From Candidatus Aminicenantes bacterium (lineage in GTDB: Bacteria; Acidobacteriota; Aminicenantia; Aminicenantales; UBA4085), in the NCBI GenBank assembly GCA_963783665.1, contig CAWANZ010000004.1, positions 15,866-79,865 of the forward strand: a stretch of 64,000 nt of DNA. The letters are read 5' to 3'. Of the stretch, positions 42,835-55,500 are shown piece by piece. The notes under the pieces were generated by a model. It did not search any database. It had not been told where the DNA came from and was given only the letters and a program-made list of their open reading frames with translations. Position 1 is the stretch's first letter. The number at the start of each line of letters is the position of its first letter. The translations under genes and the position numbers were made by a program.

Positions 42835-44965
42835 CTATTTTACCTTCAGAATTTCGATTTTCGTCCCGCCCTTCTGGGAGGAGAGGACGAGCTTGAGGGG
42901 CGAGTCGCCTTCGACGGCCACCAACCAGCGGACTTCCCGCCGGGCGCCGCCATTCCGGATCTGGGTCGGACCGGCCGCCGCGCCCCGCCGCTGCATCTGG
43001 GGCGGCGCCGCGGGCGTTTGCGCCGGGGCGGCTCCCCCGCCGCCTCTCATCCCCTGGTCCTCCGCCCGGCCGCTCGGTTCCGGGGATTCTCATCGCCCCG
43101 TCGAGAACGCCGAGTCGGACGTAGGGCGTGCTTTGGAGATACGTGACTTTGTCCCGGTCGCCGACCAGCCAGATGATATCCTCGCGATTGCCGCGAAGGG
43201 TCGAGCCGCGGGCGGTATGAGTGGCCAGGGGGCCCTTATTCTCGATGGTTGCCGTGACTTCGACGATCCGGTAGCGGCCCTTTCCGGCACCCTTCTTTAT
43301 TTTAACCTCGTCGCCGGAAACCGCGGCCGCGGCTTCCCGGGCGCTATTGGTCGTGTAGAGGGTCTTGGCTTCGGCCCCGGTGATAACGACCTCGGGGAGC
43401 AAGCCGGCCCGGAACATCTCGAAACGGTAATGCTTGTCGCAGACCCCGATGAGCGGCTCGCCCGGCCAGGCGTTGTTCCCGTAGTTGGTCTTCCAACCGC
43501 CGATTTCTCCGTCGCCGAGCTCGGGGTGCTTATACGGTTTCCAGGCGAGGAAGGCCTTGCCGCCGTATTTTTGGTCCTGGTATTGAAGTAGGGCCCGGTC
43601 ATAGGCCTGCCGGTCGGCCGGAGCGGACAGACCGGGAAGGTCCTTGGCCGGGTTCCAGAGCTCGGTCGTTATGGACCAGATCCCGAAGTGGAGGAATTCC
43701 CAATCCGTGGTCATGCCGAAACCGTAGCGGCGATCGGCTTCCTCGTCGTAGCTGACTTTCCAGCCGTAGGGCAGCTCGTAGCCGCGGTCAATGGCATATT
43801 TATTCTTCGAGGTTTTACGCAGCTCTTCGCGAAGGGCGGGAATTTTCGTCGGGTCTTTCCAAGCCTCGGGGACTTCCTCGCCGAGGATCTCGAGGTATTT
43901 CTTCCCCATGACGAAATCGAGGATGGCCACGTCCTTGGGATCGAGCCGCGAATGCGGGGCCGTTCCCAGCGGCCGGTAGGTGAAGCCGCCTGACGTATGG
44001 AACCACTGGGCCATGAAGATATTGGGAGTCGTGACAATGAATTCCGCCACGGCCCTCGTCTCCGGGGCCGAGGTCGGATAATCGCCCGTGCCGCCGGCGA
44101 ATCCCTGGTCGTTCCACCAGCCCTCGGGGAAATTGCGATTCAGGTCGATCCCGGCTTCCGCGTCTTCTCCCCGGCGCTTGTCGCCGTCATTGTCCTTGTC
44201 CTCGGGGACGACCGTCCAGCGCGGCTTGTCGGTTTTCGCGTTCGGCGCAATCCGGACCATGATGCGAGGATCGGCGTCGTCGATGACGAACATTCCGTTG
44301 GGATCTTTGTAACGGAACTGGGTGACGAAGCCGTCGCCGTTGAGGTCGTCGGGCCCGTCCTCGTTGACCTTCCCGTCGCCGTCGTCGTCGCGGAGCATGA
44401 TGTTGGCCCGCTGGGAAATCCCTTTCTCGAGGCTGTTATATACGCCGTCGGGATTGAGGATGGGCAGGATGTAGAAGGTTTTGGCGTCAACCAGGGCCGT
44501 CGTCTCCTTGTCCGTCCCATAGCCCGAGACGAGCTTGTCGATCGTGTAGAGGCAGACTTCGGTCCCGGTGAACTCGTTGCCGTGGGTTGAGCCGCAGATG
44601 AAGTGGCCCGGCTTGCCCATGTACGGCTTCATTGGGACGACGTTTTTCACGCCCTCGGCCCGGGGATTGCGGCGCGGCACCTGGGCGTCGACCGTCGTTC
44701 CCGTTTTCATATTCGAAACGACGAGGACATAAATCGGGCGACTTGAAGTGCTTCGGCCGATCTCGACAAGAGACGTGATCTCGGGATAGGCCGCGGCGAC
44801 GTCCTTGAGATATTTCACCGTTGCCGTGTACCCGTGGTAAGCGTCAAACGAGATGGGGACTTTGGAAGCGGCTGCCAGTGGCGCCGCGATGATAAGAGCG
44901 GCCGCAGCCGCGGCCAGGGAAACCCGGAGCGTCCGGGCGATCTTCGATCCGCAATGAGAGCTCAT
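42835..44965 (-). CDS. M14 zinc carboxypeptidase-like protein (second); frameshift near 43080
   Basis: GGAGG RBS before ATG 44965; STHGNEF, LNRNF, WFHTSG, TTELW; true C-terminus in ORF 42835-43050. Confidence 0.88.
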
Positions 44966-45064
44966 CGTTCCTCCTCCCAACGGGCGAAGTCCAGGCCGTC
45001 CGAGCGGACGGCGAAAATCACTATAATCCATTTGGAGATAAAGAAAAAGCGAGGAAACCGCGCC

Positions 45065-45382
45065 TTACGAAGCCATGCCCTCCCGCTTCAGCGCTTCGAC
45101 GGCGATCCGGCTGGAAGGGCCGTCGCCCCGGGCCGGGCAAACGGCGACTTTTCCTTCGGTGAGGGCGATGATCTCGGCGACATCCTTGTGGGTGAAGCCG
45201 GGACAGACGATGATCGAATCGAGCTTTTTCAACTTGTGCAGGTTGCCGATGACGGCCAGGGCTTCGGCCTGGTTTTTCACCATCACCGTGTCCAGGTGGT
45301 ATTTCCCCGTGTCGATAAAAGACTGGTGCTTGTTCAGGTCCGCATCGGGGGCTTTAGCCAGAAAGAGGGCTTGGAAAGGCAT
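45065..45382 (-). CDS. DUF6506 family protein
   Basis: ALFLAKAPDAD..KH...IDT, IIVCPGFTHKDVAEI, V..ARGDGP pattern. Confidence 0.65.
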   Translation of the reverse strand: MPFQALFLAKAPDADLNKHQSFIDTGKYHLDTVMVKNQAEALAVIGNLHKLKKLDSIIVCPGFTHKDVAEIIALTEGKVAVCPARGDGPSSRIAVEALKREGMAS

Positions 45383-45389
45383 GGTCGGG

Positions 45390-45875
<486 letters not shown>

Positions 45876-45951
45876 GGGAGCTCCTTTAATCAGGGATTCA
45901 GGCTCCCAAGATACCAGATTTTCCCGGCTTTTCCCAATTCATAAGCGGCGA

Positions 45952-46056
45952 AAATCGGTGCCAGGTATACCATTCCCCCATTTCGCCCGTTCTCAGGAGT
46001 CCTGCACGGATTTTCTTGTCTCGGAAATCGGGGAATAGATAACCTGGCACCGATTT
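45952..46056. repeat. Intergenic inverted-repeat element, copy 1 (GGTGCCAGGT type)
   Basis: AAATCGGTGCCAGGTATACCATTCCCC ... GGGGAATAGATAACCTGGCACCGATTT. Confidence 0.85.
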
Positions 46057-46069
46057 ATCAGCCCTCGGG

Positions 46070-47302
46070 TCATCGGACCGTCGCGCCCGGGACGACGCGG
46101 AAGAGGACGGGGAGCTGGTCGGCGTCGTCTTTCAGGACAGCCAATCCGATCAAGCCCGACTTGGCGAATCTCAGGAGGCGGAAACGGGAATCGATACTCA
46201 TCTCAAACGGGCCGGGGTCGAGGCGCGTTTCGGCGATGAATTGCCCCTGGGGTGAATAAACCGAAAAAGACAGGCTCGGTTCACCGGGATCGTCCGCCAA
46301 ATGGAAAAACAGGAAATTGCCGTCGGCATCCGTCATAATCTCGATAAAATGACGGAAGCTTCGCGTTGAAGAGCTGGGAGTAGTCGAGTCGTTCCAGCTC
46401 ATTGATACGCCGTTTTTGGCGGAGGGGCTCTTTTTCAGCCGGTCCAAGCATGGGCGCGAGCTTGACGCTTTTATAGCGGGCGAGGTATTCGGGCGTCACC
46501 GGCCGGGGCGGATTTTTCAATTCAAAAGAGCGCAGAAGCTTGCCGTCGTTGCCATAGATTTCGATTTGAGGAGAATTCGTGTCTCCCACGGCCAGGTTCC
46601 CGTCGGCGGTTCGGGCGAGATAAGACGTTTCCGACCATATTATCCCCGAACGACATGGCGCCTCCGGAAGAAAGCATGATCATCTTCTGCGTGACCGTTC
46701 GAGAGAAGACGACTTGTTCGATTCCGGTATCGATGTCCTTGAGGACAACCCGAATGGTCTTGGGCATCGATCGCACTCCGGGATTCCGGTCCTTGGCTCT
46801 CCTGTCTCGAACTGTTTGGCAAGATAAGCGATTTTCGTCCCGGTCAGGGCGACGACGTCATACACCGGGCGTTGGGCCTTGAGGAGCTTGAAAAACTTTC
46901 CGTTGAGGTCGAAAATGCTGATCCGGTGATTCAGGGCATATTCGCTCGACAACCAGATACTTTTCGTCGAGGATGCTCGGAGAGCTCGGGGTCTCGAGGT
47001 CTCCGGGCCCCTGGCCTTTCTGGCCGAACGTGAGGACCTTCTTCCCCGAAGGATCGAATTTATGGATCGTGTGTTCCCGGCCGTTGACCATGAAAATCGT
47101 CCCATCGGCGGCGACGGCGATGTCCTTGAAGCTTTCGAACAGGAAGCTCCCCCAATCCACGCCCTTCCCGAAAGTCGGGTCGGGGCTGAGCTTGAGGGGG
47201 CCGGCCTTGTAGACGTCGGCCCAGCGGACTTCAGCGGCGGCGAAAGAGCCGGGGCGAGAAGAGAAAGAAGAGAAAGAGACTGACGAGCGCGATTTTTTTC
47301 AT
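46070..47302 (-). CDS. Exported 6-bladed beta-propeller protein; multiple frameshifts
   Basis: ATG 47302; DIAVAADG, KFDPSGKKVLTFGQKGQGPGDL; EIYGNDGKLL and SVYSPQGQFIAE pieces in successive frames. Confidence 0.7.
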
Positions 47303-47418
47303 GCGATTGATCCTCTTTCGGTATATACGCCCAAGAGGTAAATTGTGTTTAGCATGAGGATCGGGAGCCGCATCCGGTCGGCCGGGGCTCCCGAAACAAC
47401 ACGAAGCCGTTTGCCGAC

Positions 47419-47698
47419 TTACTCATCCTTCCGGATCTTCCGGAGCTCGAAGATCACCGGCTTGGCCGCGTCCGGGCAGGCGTGAGTCTTGACGTCCTTG
47501 TCGGCTAGCCAGGGGAATTCCGCGTCGTAAAGCATGGCGAAAGCGCCCGGAAGCAGGCTGTAGAGAGCATGGATGCAGATGCGGCCTTCGACGCCATGCT
47601 GCGGTGATCATTGCCGAATCGCCGGACTTATATCCGAGCGAACACTCGTCCTTCACCTCGAGGACCGTGGCCTTGACGCCGACGACTTTTTTCTTCAT
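47419..47698 (-). CDS. TIGR04076 family protein; frameshift near 47600
   Basis: Reconstructed MKKKVVGVKATVLEVKDECSLGYKSGD...GRICIHALYSLLPGAFAMLYDAEFPWL...HACPDAAKPVIFELRKIRKDE*. Confidence 0.75.
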
Positions 47699-47762
47699 GG
47701 CAGCCCTCCGGTTCGCCTCGGATGGTATGCCCGGCCGAATGCGTCGTCAAGCGGTCTCTTTG

Positions 47763-47849
47763 AAATCGGTGCCAGGTTATCCATTCCCCAATTTGGGGGG
47801 GGCGATCAATTATGGAATTCGGGGAATGGATTTTACCTGGCACTAATTT
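47763..47849. repeat. Intergenic inverted-repeat element, copy 2
   Basis: AAATCGGTGCCAGGTTATCCATTCCCC ... GGGGAATGGATTTTACCTGGCACTAATTT. Confidence 0.85.
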
Positions 47850-47910
47850 CTTACTAATTTCTTGACGTCGTTGCATGACGCGGTTATCCTGGACGAAGGG
47901 GGCACCGAGT

Positions 47911-49026
47911 ATGCGACATCATTCCTTTATCTTGACGACCTATATTTTTATGGCGGCGGCCGTCCTTACGGCATTCCCGGCCCGTATTCAAAATCGAATC
48001 GACGAGAAGCCAATGAAAGCCGAGCTGATCTGGAGAATCGGCTCGGACGAGAAAAACGAAGATTTCTACAAGCCGAAATCATTCGCCGTCGACTCCCAAG
48101 GGAGATTTTTCATCCTCGACAGCGGAAACAGCCGGGTCCAATGCTTTTCGCCGGAAGGGAAGTTTCTCTTCTCTTTCGGCCGAGCCGGACAAGGCCCGGG
48201 AGAACTGTCCAAAGAGGCCGAAAAAATCAGGATCCTCGAGGACGGAAATATTTATATCATCGACAACCGCCAGCGTCGGATTAATATTTATAATATGAAC
48301 GGGAAATTCCTCTTTTCGAGAAAAACCGAGGGGGCGAATTTAATGATATTCTTTTAATCGACGGCTGGTACTATTTATCCAACCTGATCCTGAATAAAAA
48401 TCATCTCCCCATTCACGTCACGAAGACGCTAGAGAAAATCGACCATTCATTCGGGATTTTCATCGACCCCGATATTGATTTGGCCGAACGAGCTTCTTCA
48501 ACTGAATAAGCCCGGACTCTTCGAAGTCGTCCTTCAACAGCGCGGGAGGAACGCACCTGTTCGTTAACAAAAAAAAAGAGATCATCTACTCTCAAGTCTT
48601 CCCCTACCGCTTGATTAAATACAATACCGAAGGACGAATTCTTTGCGATATTGAAGCCTGACACCGGCTTCGGCACCGGTTCGCGGACGGTTGTCAGCAT
48701 CGACAAAGATAAAGATCAAGCATCCATTGGATTCAAGACGCCGCCTGCCCGACTTTTTCAGCCGTATCTCATGGACGACGATCATCTCGCCTATTTTTAC
48801 TTTAGTCCCGAAAAAGACACCGCTTTCCTTGACCTCTATGACCGCGACCTGAAGCTTATTTCCCGGCATAAAATGCCGAACCATATTCATGGATTTCCGG
48901 CTGGAGGATTATCGGCCGAAAGAATATTTGGGCGAGGTCTTTATCGATCGCAATAATAATCTTTATGCTTTATCTCATTCGCAAGAAGATCCGCCGCGGC
49001 TCGTCAAATATAAGCTGATTTATTAA
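47911..49026 (+). CDS. Exported 6-bladed beta-propeller protein; multiple frameshifts
   Basis: FYKPKSFAVDSQGRFFILDSGNSRVQCFS..GKFLFSFGRAGQGPGEL; later pieces in shifted frames, ending PRLVKYKLIY*. Confidence 0.72.
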
Positions 49027-49034
49027 AACCGGGC

Positions 49035-50599
49035 TCACTTGGCCCGGTATGCGAAATTCCGGAACTCCGCTTCGGCGCCGGGCGCCCCGCAAGCGAAGAG
49101 AGCAATCCGGAGACTTCGAAACCCGCGGAGCAGATTGGTCTGGAACGGCGAGACGTCGACCGCGTCCTCGATCCGTTTCCAGGTCGAGCCGTCCGGGCTG
49201 TAGTAAAGACCCACCGTCTGGTCGTCGTTAATGATTTTAAAGTGGACGGAAGCGCCGGCCGGAAGATCGGCGATTTTTTCCCGGCGGTTCGCACGAAAGT
49301 GATAAATCCCGTCCTGGCCGAGGCCGCAGCCGTAATAGTACCGAGCTCCGTAGTAAAGCATCAGTCCGGAAAAACCGGAGGCGCCGGATTTGATTTCGAC
49401 ACTCGCTTCATAGCGGTCATGATGAGCCTGGAAGAGAAGCGGATGCGATTCTTCGGGCTTCTCGCCAAACGATTTCATCTTGAGGACATTTCCGGAGAAA
49501 ACGTATCGGGCCGGGTCGAAGGAGCCGGCCGCCTGCCAACGGTGATTGCGAAACAGCGTTTCGAAGTCGCCCTGAAGGTCAATCGTCGAGCCGAGATTAT
49601 CCCCCTTCGGCATCGGAATCGGGCGAGCCGGGTCCACTCCATCCTTGAGCCGGGGCCAGCCGTCGGCCGTCCATTCGACCGGCTCGAGCAAGGTCATCCG
49701 GCCGCGGGTTCGTCGGTTGTTTTTGGCCGCATGATAGACGACGTACCAGTCTCCGGCCGGCGTATCGATGAAACTGGCGTGGCCTTTGGACCACCAGGCC
49801 TCGGACGAGGCGAACGTATGAAGGAGCGGATTATGCGGCGAATTCTCCCAGGGCCCGAGGACGGTTTTCGACCGGGCGACAACAGCCATATGGCCCGTCG
49901 CCGGGCCGGACGTGCCGCCCTGGGCGGAGACGAGATAGAAATATTCTCCCCGGCGGAAAAGCTTGGGCGATTCCAGGCAAAAGCATTCGACCAGCCAGTC
50001 CTCCGGATAAGCCCAGCCGTCATACACTTTGCGCGCTTCCCCGACGGTCGAAAGGCCGTCGGGAGCCAGGCGAATCATGTGCCCGTCGGAGAAATAGAGA
50101 TAGCGGTTTCCATCCTCGCCGACGATATGGCCGGGGTCGATGTTCCCGATTTTCAGGTCGACCGGGGCAGACCATGGGCCGGCCGGGGAATCGGCCGTCA
50201 CAACGCAGTTCGAATGGGTCGTCTGGTTGGGATAGTAGATGTAGATATTTTCCGTCGTGCTTGACCAGCTCGGGCGCCCAGATTTCGCCCGCACCTTCGG
50301 TCAAAGCCGCACCGATCGCCTTCCAGTTCACCAGGTCCCGGGAGTGCCAGACAATAAGCCCCGGCTTGTTGTCGTGGGGCGTATGGGTCATGTAATAGTC
50401 CCGGCCCGTCGCGGAGGATGGTTGGGTCTGGATAGTCGCCGGGAAAAATCGGGTTAAGGTAGAAACCGTTGCCGAGGTCGCCGAACGCCCCAGGAGGAAT
50501 GGTCGCGGAAGCGGAGGCCGGAGGGGTCGGCGCTTCCGGCCGGCAGGACATCGCCGCGAAAAGAGCCAGGCAAAGGAAAGCGGGAGGAATTCTCTTCAT
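49035..50599 (-). CDS. GH43 glycoside hydrolase with C-terminal beta-sandwich, probable lipoprotein; frameshifts
   Basis: Lipobox-like AMSC; NPIFPGDYPDPTILR, IWAPEL, IDPGH, LESPKL, GHASF, GRMTLLEPVEW. Confidence 0.88.
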
Positions 50600-50602
50600 A
50601 AT

Positions 50603-51763
50603 TCACTTCCAGACTTGGCCGAAGATCCGGAGGAAATTCCCCCCCAGGATTTTCCGGATGTCGGCGTCGCCATAGCCGCGCTTTCCCAAGCGGTCAACGA
50701 AATTGACGACTTCAGCATATTGACTGAATCCCTCGGCCATCCGAAGCGGCGAGCGGAAATTGGCGGTGATATGCTTGTCGTAAGCCCCGGCCACGTCCTT
50801 GAGGGTTGGAGCGCCCCAGGGATCGGCGACATGCTCCGGATATGTCCCCAGGCTCATGTCCGTCCCGATGCCGATGTGGTCGACGTTTCCAATCAGCTGG
50901 GCGGTGTGGTCGATGTGATCGATGAAATCATCGACGGTCGGACGCGTCGTCCGGCCTTTCTTCAGGATCATCGGCCCCCAAGGGCACAATCCGACGACCC
51001 CGCCCTTGGCCGCGCAGGCCTTGATCCGGGCATCATCCACGTTGCGCGGATTGGGCGCAACGGCGTCCGCACCAGAGTGGCTGAAAACGACCGGTTGGCG
51101 GCTGCGCTCGATGATCTCCATCCCCGAGCGGGCCCCGACATGGGAGCAGTCCAGGAGCAGGCCGAGGCGGTTGCATTCGTCCACGGCCAGCTCGCCCAGC
51201 GAGGTCAATCCTCCATCGGCTTTGTCGAGGCAGCCGCCGCAGAGCTGGTTGGTCTGGCTGTAGGCGAAAATCAACATCCTCAAACCCAGGCGGTAGAAGG
51301 CCTCGAGCCGGTGGAGCTTGTCGCCGATGAAGTCCCCGCACTGAGAGGCCAGGAGCAGTCCGGTCCGGCCGGATTTTTTTAGCTCGGGGATTTCCGCAGC
51401 CCTGGTGACGATGACAAGGTTCGGATGTTTCCTGACCACGGCAGGCCAAAACATCAAGCCTTCCAAGGCCCGGTCGATGTCCAGGTGCGGATCCCAAGCC
51501 GTGACGCCGTAAACCGTAGCTCCGTAGCGGTGGGCGTCGGCAAACGGCGCATCGGGCCACATCTGCATGCAGGAGTCGATAAAAATATAGGAATGGTCTT
51601 TTTCCAAGATCGGATGGATGCCCCGTTCTGCAGGGCTCAATCCCCCGGAGGCCGCCTTTTGTCCCGGTTTGCCCGTCCCGGCCGATGCCGGCGCGATCCC
51701 CGCGGCCGCCGCCGTCGCCCCGATTCCCGCCCAGCGAACGAAATCCCTTCGGGTTATGCTCAT
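50603..51763 (-). CDS. M19 dipeptidase-like protein with Tat signal
   Basis: MSITRRDFVRW; LGLRML, LDCSHVG, FSHSG, NPRNVDD..IKA.A..GGVVG, IGIGTD, ILGGNF. Confidence 0.85.
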   Translation of the reverse strand: MSITRRDFVRWAGIGATAAAAGIAPASAGTGKPGQKAASGGLSPAERGIHPILEKDHSYIFIDSCMQMWPDAPFADAHRYGATVYGVTAWDPHLDIDRALEGLMFWPAVVRKHPNLVIVTRAAEIPELKKSGRTGLLLASQCGDFIGDKLHRLEAFYRLGLRMLIFAYSQTNQLCGGCLDKADGGLTSLGELAVDECNRLGLLLDCSHVGARSGMEIIERSRQPVVFSHSGADAVAPNPRNVDDARIKACAAKGGVVGLCPWGPMILKKGRTTRPTVDDFIDHIDHTAQLIGNVDHIGIGTDMSLGTYPEHVADPWGAPTLKDVAGAYDKHITANFRSPLRMAEGFSQYAEVVNFVDRLGKRGYGDADIRKILGGNFLRIFGQVWK

Positions 51764-51803
51764 GCGCCGTGATCCTTTCATCGGGAATTGAGCCGTAGGA
51801 AAA

Positions 51804-51832
51804 GTTATATGCGACGCCGGCAGGGTTGTCAA
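51804..51832 (-). promoter_or_regulatory. sigma70-like promoter of the Tat dipeptidase
   Basis: Minus strand TTGACA (51832-51827), 17 bp, TATAAC (51809-51804). Confidence 0.7.
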
Positions 51833-51848
51833 AATCCGGAGTCGAGTG

Positions 51849-51934
51849 AGTTCGGGGCCAGGTTACTCAACCCCCGAACTCAGTAAAATCCCCGGCGCGA
51901 ATAATTCGGGGGTTGAGTAACCTGGCCCCGAACT
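51849..51934. repeat. Intergenic inverted-repeat element, copy 3 (GGGGCCAGGT type), perfect 30-bp arms
   Basis: AGTTCGGGGCCAGGTTACTCAACCCCCGAA (51849-51878) and its exact reverse complement (51905-51934). Confidence 0.92.
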
Positions 51935-51976
51935 ATGATATAAAGAGTTCGATTTGAGACCATCGGAGTGAGCGCC

Positions 51977-52570
51977 ATGTCCGACATCCGAATCATTAAA
52001 ACAACGCCGAGAATCTTATGCGGGGTGTTCCTCGTCACCCTCGCCCTCGCCCAGGCGGCCACGGCTCAACAGCAAGACACCCAGCTGGCCCGCATCCGGG
52101 CGCTCTGGGCCGAGGTTCAGGAGAGGATCGCCCTGGCCCTCAAGGAAGCCGAAAGCGGCAGTCCGCCGGGATTTTACGCCTCGGAAATCGTCGTTAACCG
52201 GCACAACGGCTCCTGGCGGGCGTCCGGGACCTATTTTAAAAAGACCGTCTTCTGGTACACGGACCATCCGGAATTCGCCGGCGAAGAGCCGGGCGGGCCC
52301 GCCTCCGTCCTGGTGAAGATCGAAATCCAGGAAATCGTCGCCGCCCGGACGCTCTACCGGGAATTCCTCTTCGACAAGGGCCAGCTCGTCTTTGCTTTCG
52401 TCCAAAGCCCCGGAGATACCGGGGCGGCCGAGGAGCTCCGGTATTATTTCGAAAACGGCAATCTGTTCCGCTATATGGAAGGCCAGAAGGTCGTCGCGAC
52501 CAAGCCCGACATCAAGGCCATCCTGGCCGAAGTGAAAGAGCTTCAAGAGCTCTTCCTCGCGACTTTTTAA
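51977..52570 (+). CDS. Exported hypothetical protein
   Basis: Signal peptide ending AQAATA; open frame with host-like codon usage; no family recognised. Confidence 0.6.
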   Translation: MSDIRIIKTTPRILCGVFLVTLALAQAATAQQQDTQLARIRALWAEVQERIALALKEAESGSPPGFYASEIVVNRHNGSWRASGTYFKKTVFWYTDHPEFAGEEPGGPASVLVKIEIQEIVAARTLYREFLFDKGQLVFAFVQSPGDTGAAEELRYYFENGNLFRYMEGQKVVATKPDIKAILAEVKELQELFLATF

Positions 52571-52593
52571 CATCCTTCGTCCTGGAGGACATC

Positions 52594-55500
52594 ATGAAAA
52601 AGACCGCCGTACTCATCCTCTCCCTCTGCTCCTCTCCCCGCTTGTCTCCTTCGGCCAAAAAGCTAAGGCCGGGGACCAGCCGGCCGCGCCCGAAAAGCCC
52701 GGCCTTCTCACGTCCGGGCTTCTCTCCGGCCTGGCCTTCCGCAACATCGGGCCGGCAATCATGTCCGGCCGGATCAGCGACATCGTCATCCACCCCAAAC
52801 GAAAATCGACCTGGTATGTGGCCGTCGGTTCGGGCGGCGTCTGGAAAACGGAAAACGCCGGGACGACCTGGACGCCGATCTTCGACGGCCAGCCGTCGTA
52901 TTCCATCGGCTGCCTGGCGCTGGACCCCATCAATCCCGAGATCGTCTGGGTCGGGACGGGCGAAAACGTCAGCGGCCGTCACGTCGGATACGGCGACGGC
53001 GTCTATAAAAGCCTCAACGGCGGAAAGACCTGGACGAATATGGGTTTGAAAAAGTCCGAGCATATCGCCCGGATCCTCATCGATCCCCGCAATCCGGCGG
53101 TCGTCTACGCCGCGGCCGAAGGGCCGCTCTGGTCGGCCGGCGGCGAGCGAGGACTTTATAAATCCTCCGACGGCGGAAAGACCTGGGCCCTCTCCCTCGA
53201 AATTTCCAAGGACACCGGGGTCACCTCGGCCGAATTCGATCCCGTCCGATCCCGACGTTCTCTACGCCGCGGCCTATCAGCGGCGGCGTTCGGTCGCCGC
53301 GTTCATCGGCGGCGGACCGGAGTCGGGCATTTACAAAAGCGAGGACGCCGGGAAGACCTGGCGCAAGCTGACCGTCGGTCTGCCGAAGGGCGACGTGGGG
53401 AAAATCGGGCTGGCCGTATCGCCCCTCGACCCGCGCGTCGTTTATGCCACGGTCGAGGCCTCCCCCGAAGAGCGCGGCTTCTTCCGCTCGGCCGACCGGG
53501 GCGAAAGCTTCGAAAAGCGCAATCCCTACATCAGCGGCGGCACCGGCCCGCATTATTACCAGGAGATCTTCGCCGACCCGACCGTCTTCGACCGCGTCTA
53601 TCAGATGGACCCCGGCCTGACCGTCACCAACGACGGCGGCAAGACCTTCGCCCGCGTCCCGGAGAACAACAAGCACGGCGACAACCACGCCATGGCCTTC
53701 CTCCCCGGCGACCCGGACTACATCCTCAACGGCAGCGACGGCGGGCTGTACGAGACCTATGACGGCGGGAAGACCTGGCGGTTCTTCGAGAACCTGCCCG
53801 TGACCCAGTTCTACAAGATCGCCCTGGACAACGCCCTGCCCTTCTACAACGTCCACGGCGGGACTCAGGACAACGGCAGCCAGCTCGGCCCCTCCCGGAC
53901 GCTCAACGGCAACGGAATCACGAACGCCGACTGGACGATCACCTACGGAGCCGACGGCTACGCCAGCGCCGTCGATCCGGCCGATCCGAACACGATTTAC
54001 CTCGAATGGCAGGAAGGCAATCTCCTCCGCTACGACCGCAAGAGCCATGAGACCATCTATGTCAGCCCGAGGCCGGAGCCCGGAGAGCCGCCGCTTCGGT
54101 TCAACTGGGACTCGCCGGTCCTGGTCAGCCCCCACGCCCACACCCGGATCTATTACGCCTCCCAATATGTCTGGAAGAGCGAGGACCGGGGCGATTCCTG
54201 GACCCGGATAAGCCCCGATCTGACCCGGAACATCTTCCGCCTGGCCCAGCCGATCATGGGCCGGACCTGGAGCGTGGACGCCCTCTGGGACCACGGGGCG
54301 ATGTCCCAGTTCTCGACGATCTCGACGATCAGCGAATCGCCGCTCGTCGAGGGATTGATTTACGCCGGGACGGATGACGGCTTGATCCAGGCGACCGAGG
54401 ACGGCGGGAAATCCTGGCGGAAGATCGACCGCCTGCCCGGCGTCCCCGAAAATTTCTTCGTCAACGAGATCAAAGCTTCGCCGGCCGAGCCGGACGTCGT
54501 TTTCGCCGCCGTCGATGCCCATAAAACCGGCGATTACAAGCCGTATTTGCTCCGGAGCGGCGACCGCGGCAAAACCTGGTCGTCAATTTCCGGAGACCTC
54601 CCCGACCGGACGATCGTCTGGGCCGTCGCCCAGGATGCGGTCGCGAAAAACCTCATCTTCGCCGGAACCGAATTCGGCATCTACGCGACCATCGACGGAG
54701 GGAAGCGCTGGCTGAAGATGTCCGGCGGCCTGCCGACGATCTCCTTCCGCGACCTCGAAATCCATGCGCGGGAAACCGACCTCGTCGGCGCTTCGTTCGG
54801 TCGCGGCGTCTACATCCTGGACGATTTTTCTCCCCTGCGGAAAATCGACGAAGCGGCCATGGCCCGCCCGGCCGTCCTTTTCCCGGTTAAAAAAGCGTTG
54901 TCATACATTCCGATGAGGCCGATCGATTCTTCGAGCAAAGGCTGTCTCGGGGACACATTCTTCCTCGCCCCCAATCCTCCCTTCGGCGCCGTCTTCACCT
55001 ACTATCTCAAAGAAGGCTTGCAGCCGGCGGCCAAGGCCCGACAAGAGGCGGAAGCCAAGCTTCTCAAAGAAGGGAAAGCCGTGGCGTTCCCCGGCTGGGA
55101 CGCCCTTCGGAAGGAAGACCTGGAGGAAAAACCGGAGATCGTCCTGACCGTCGCGGCCGAGGACGGCTCGGTCGTTCGGCGAATGACCGTCCCGAGCGGA
55201 TCCGGTCTGCATCGCGTCGCCTGGGACCTGCGTTATCCGGCGGTTAATCCAACCCGGTTGGACGATCCGTTCCGCGAATCCTGGCAATGGGCGCCGCAAG
55301 GACCGCTCGTCGTCCCGGGAAGCTTCACCGTTTCCCTGGCCAAAAAGGTCGACGGAGAGCTGATTTCCCTGGACGGTCCCGTTCCGTTTACGGTCGAATC
55401 GATCGGCCTGGCCTCGCTTCCTGAAAAGGACAAAGCGGCGCTCCTGGCCTTCCAGAAGAAATCCGGCGAGCTCCAGCGGGCGATGCTCGGAGCCTCGGCC

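Noticed and set aside
47351-47393. 9-bp stem TCGGGAGCC...GGCTCCCGA after the TIGR04076 gene as a terminator
   Set aside because: Large loop and no U-run on the transcribed (minus) strand.
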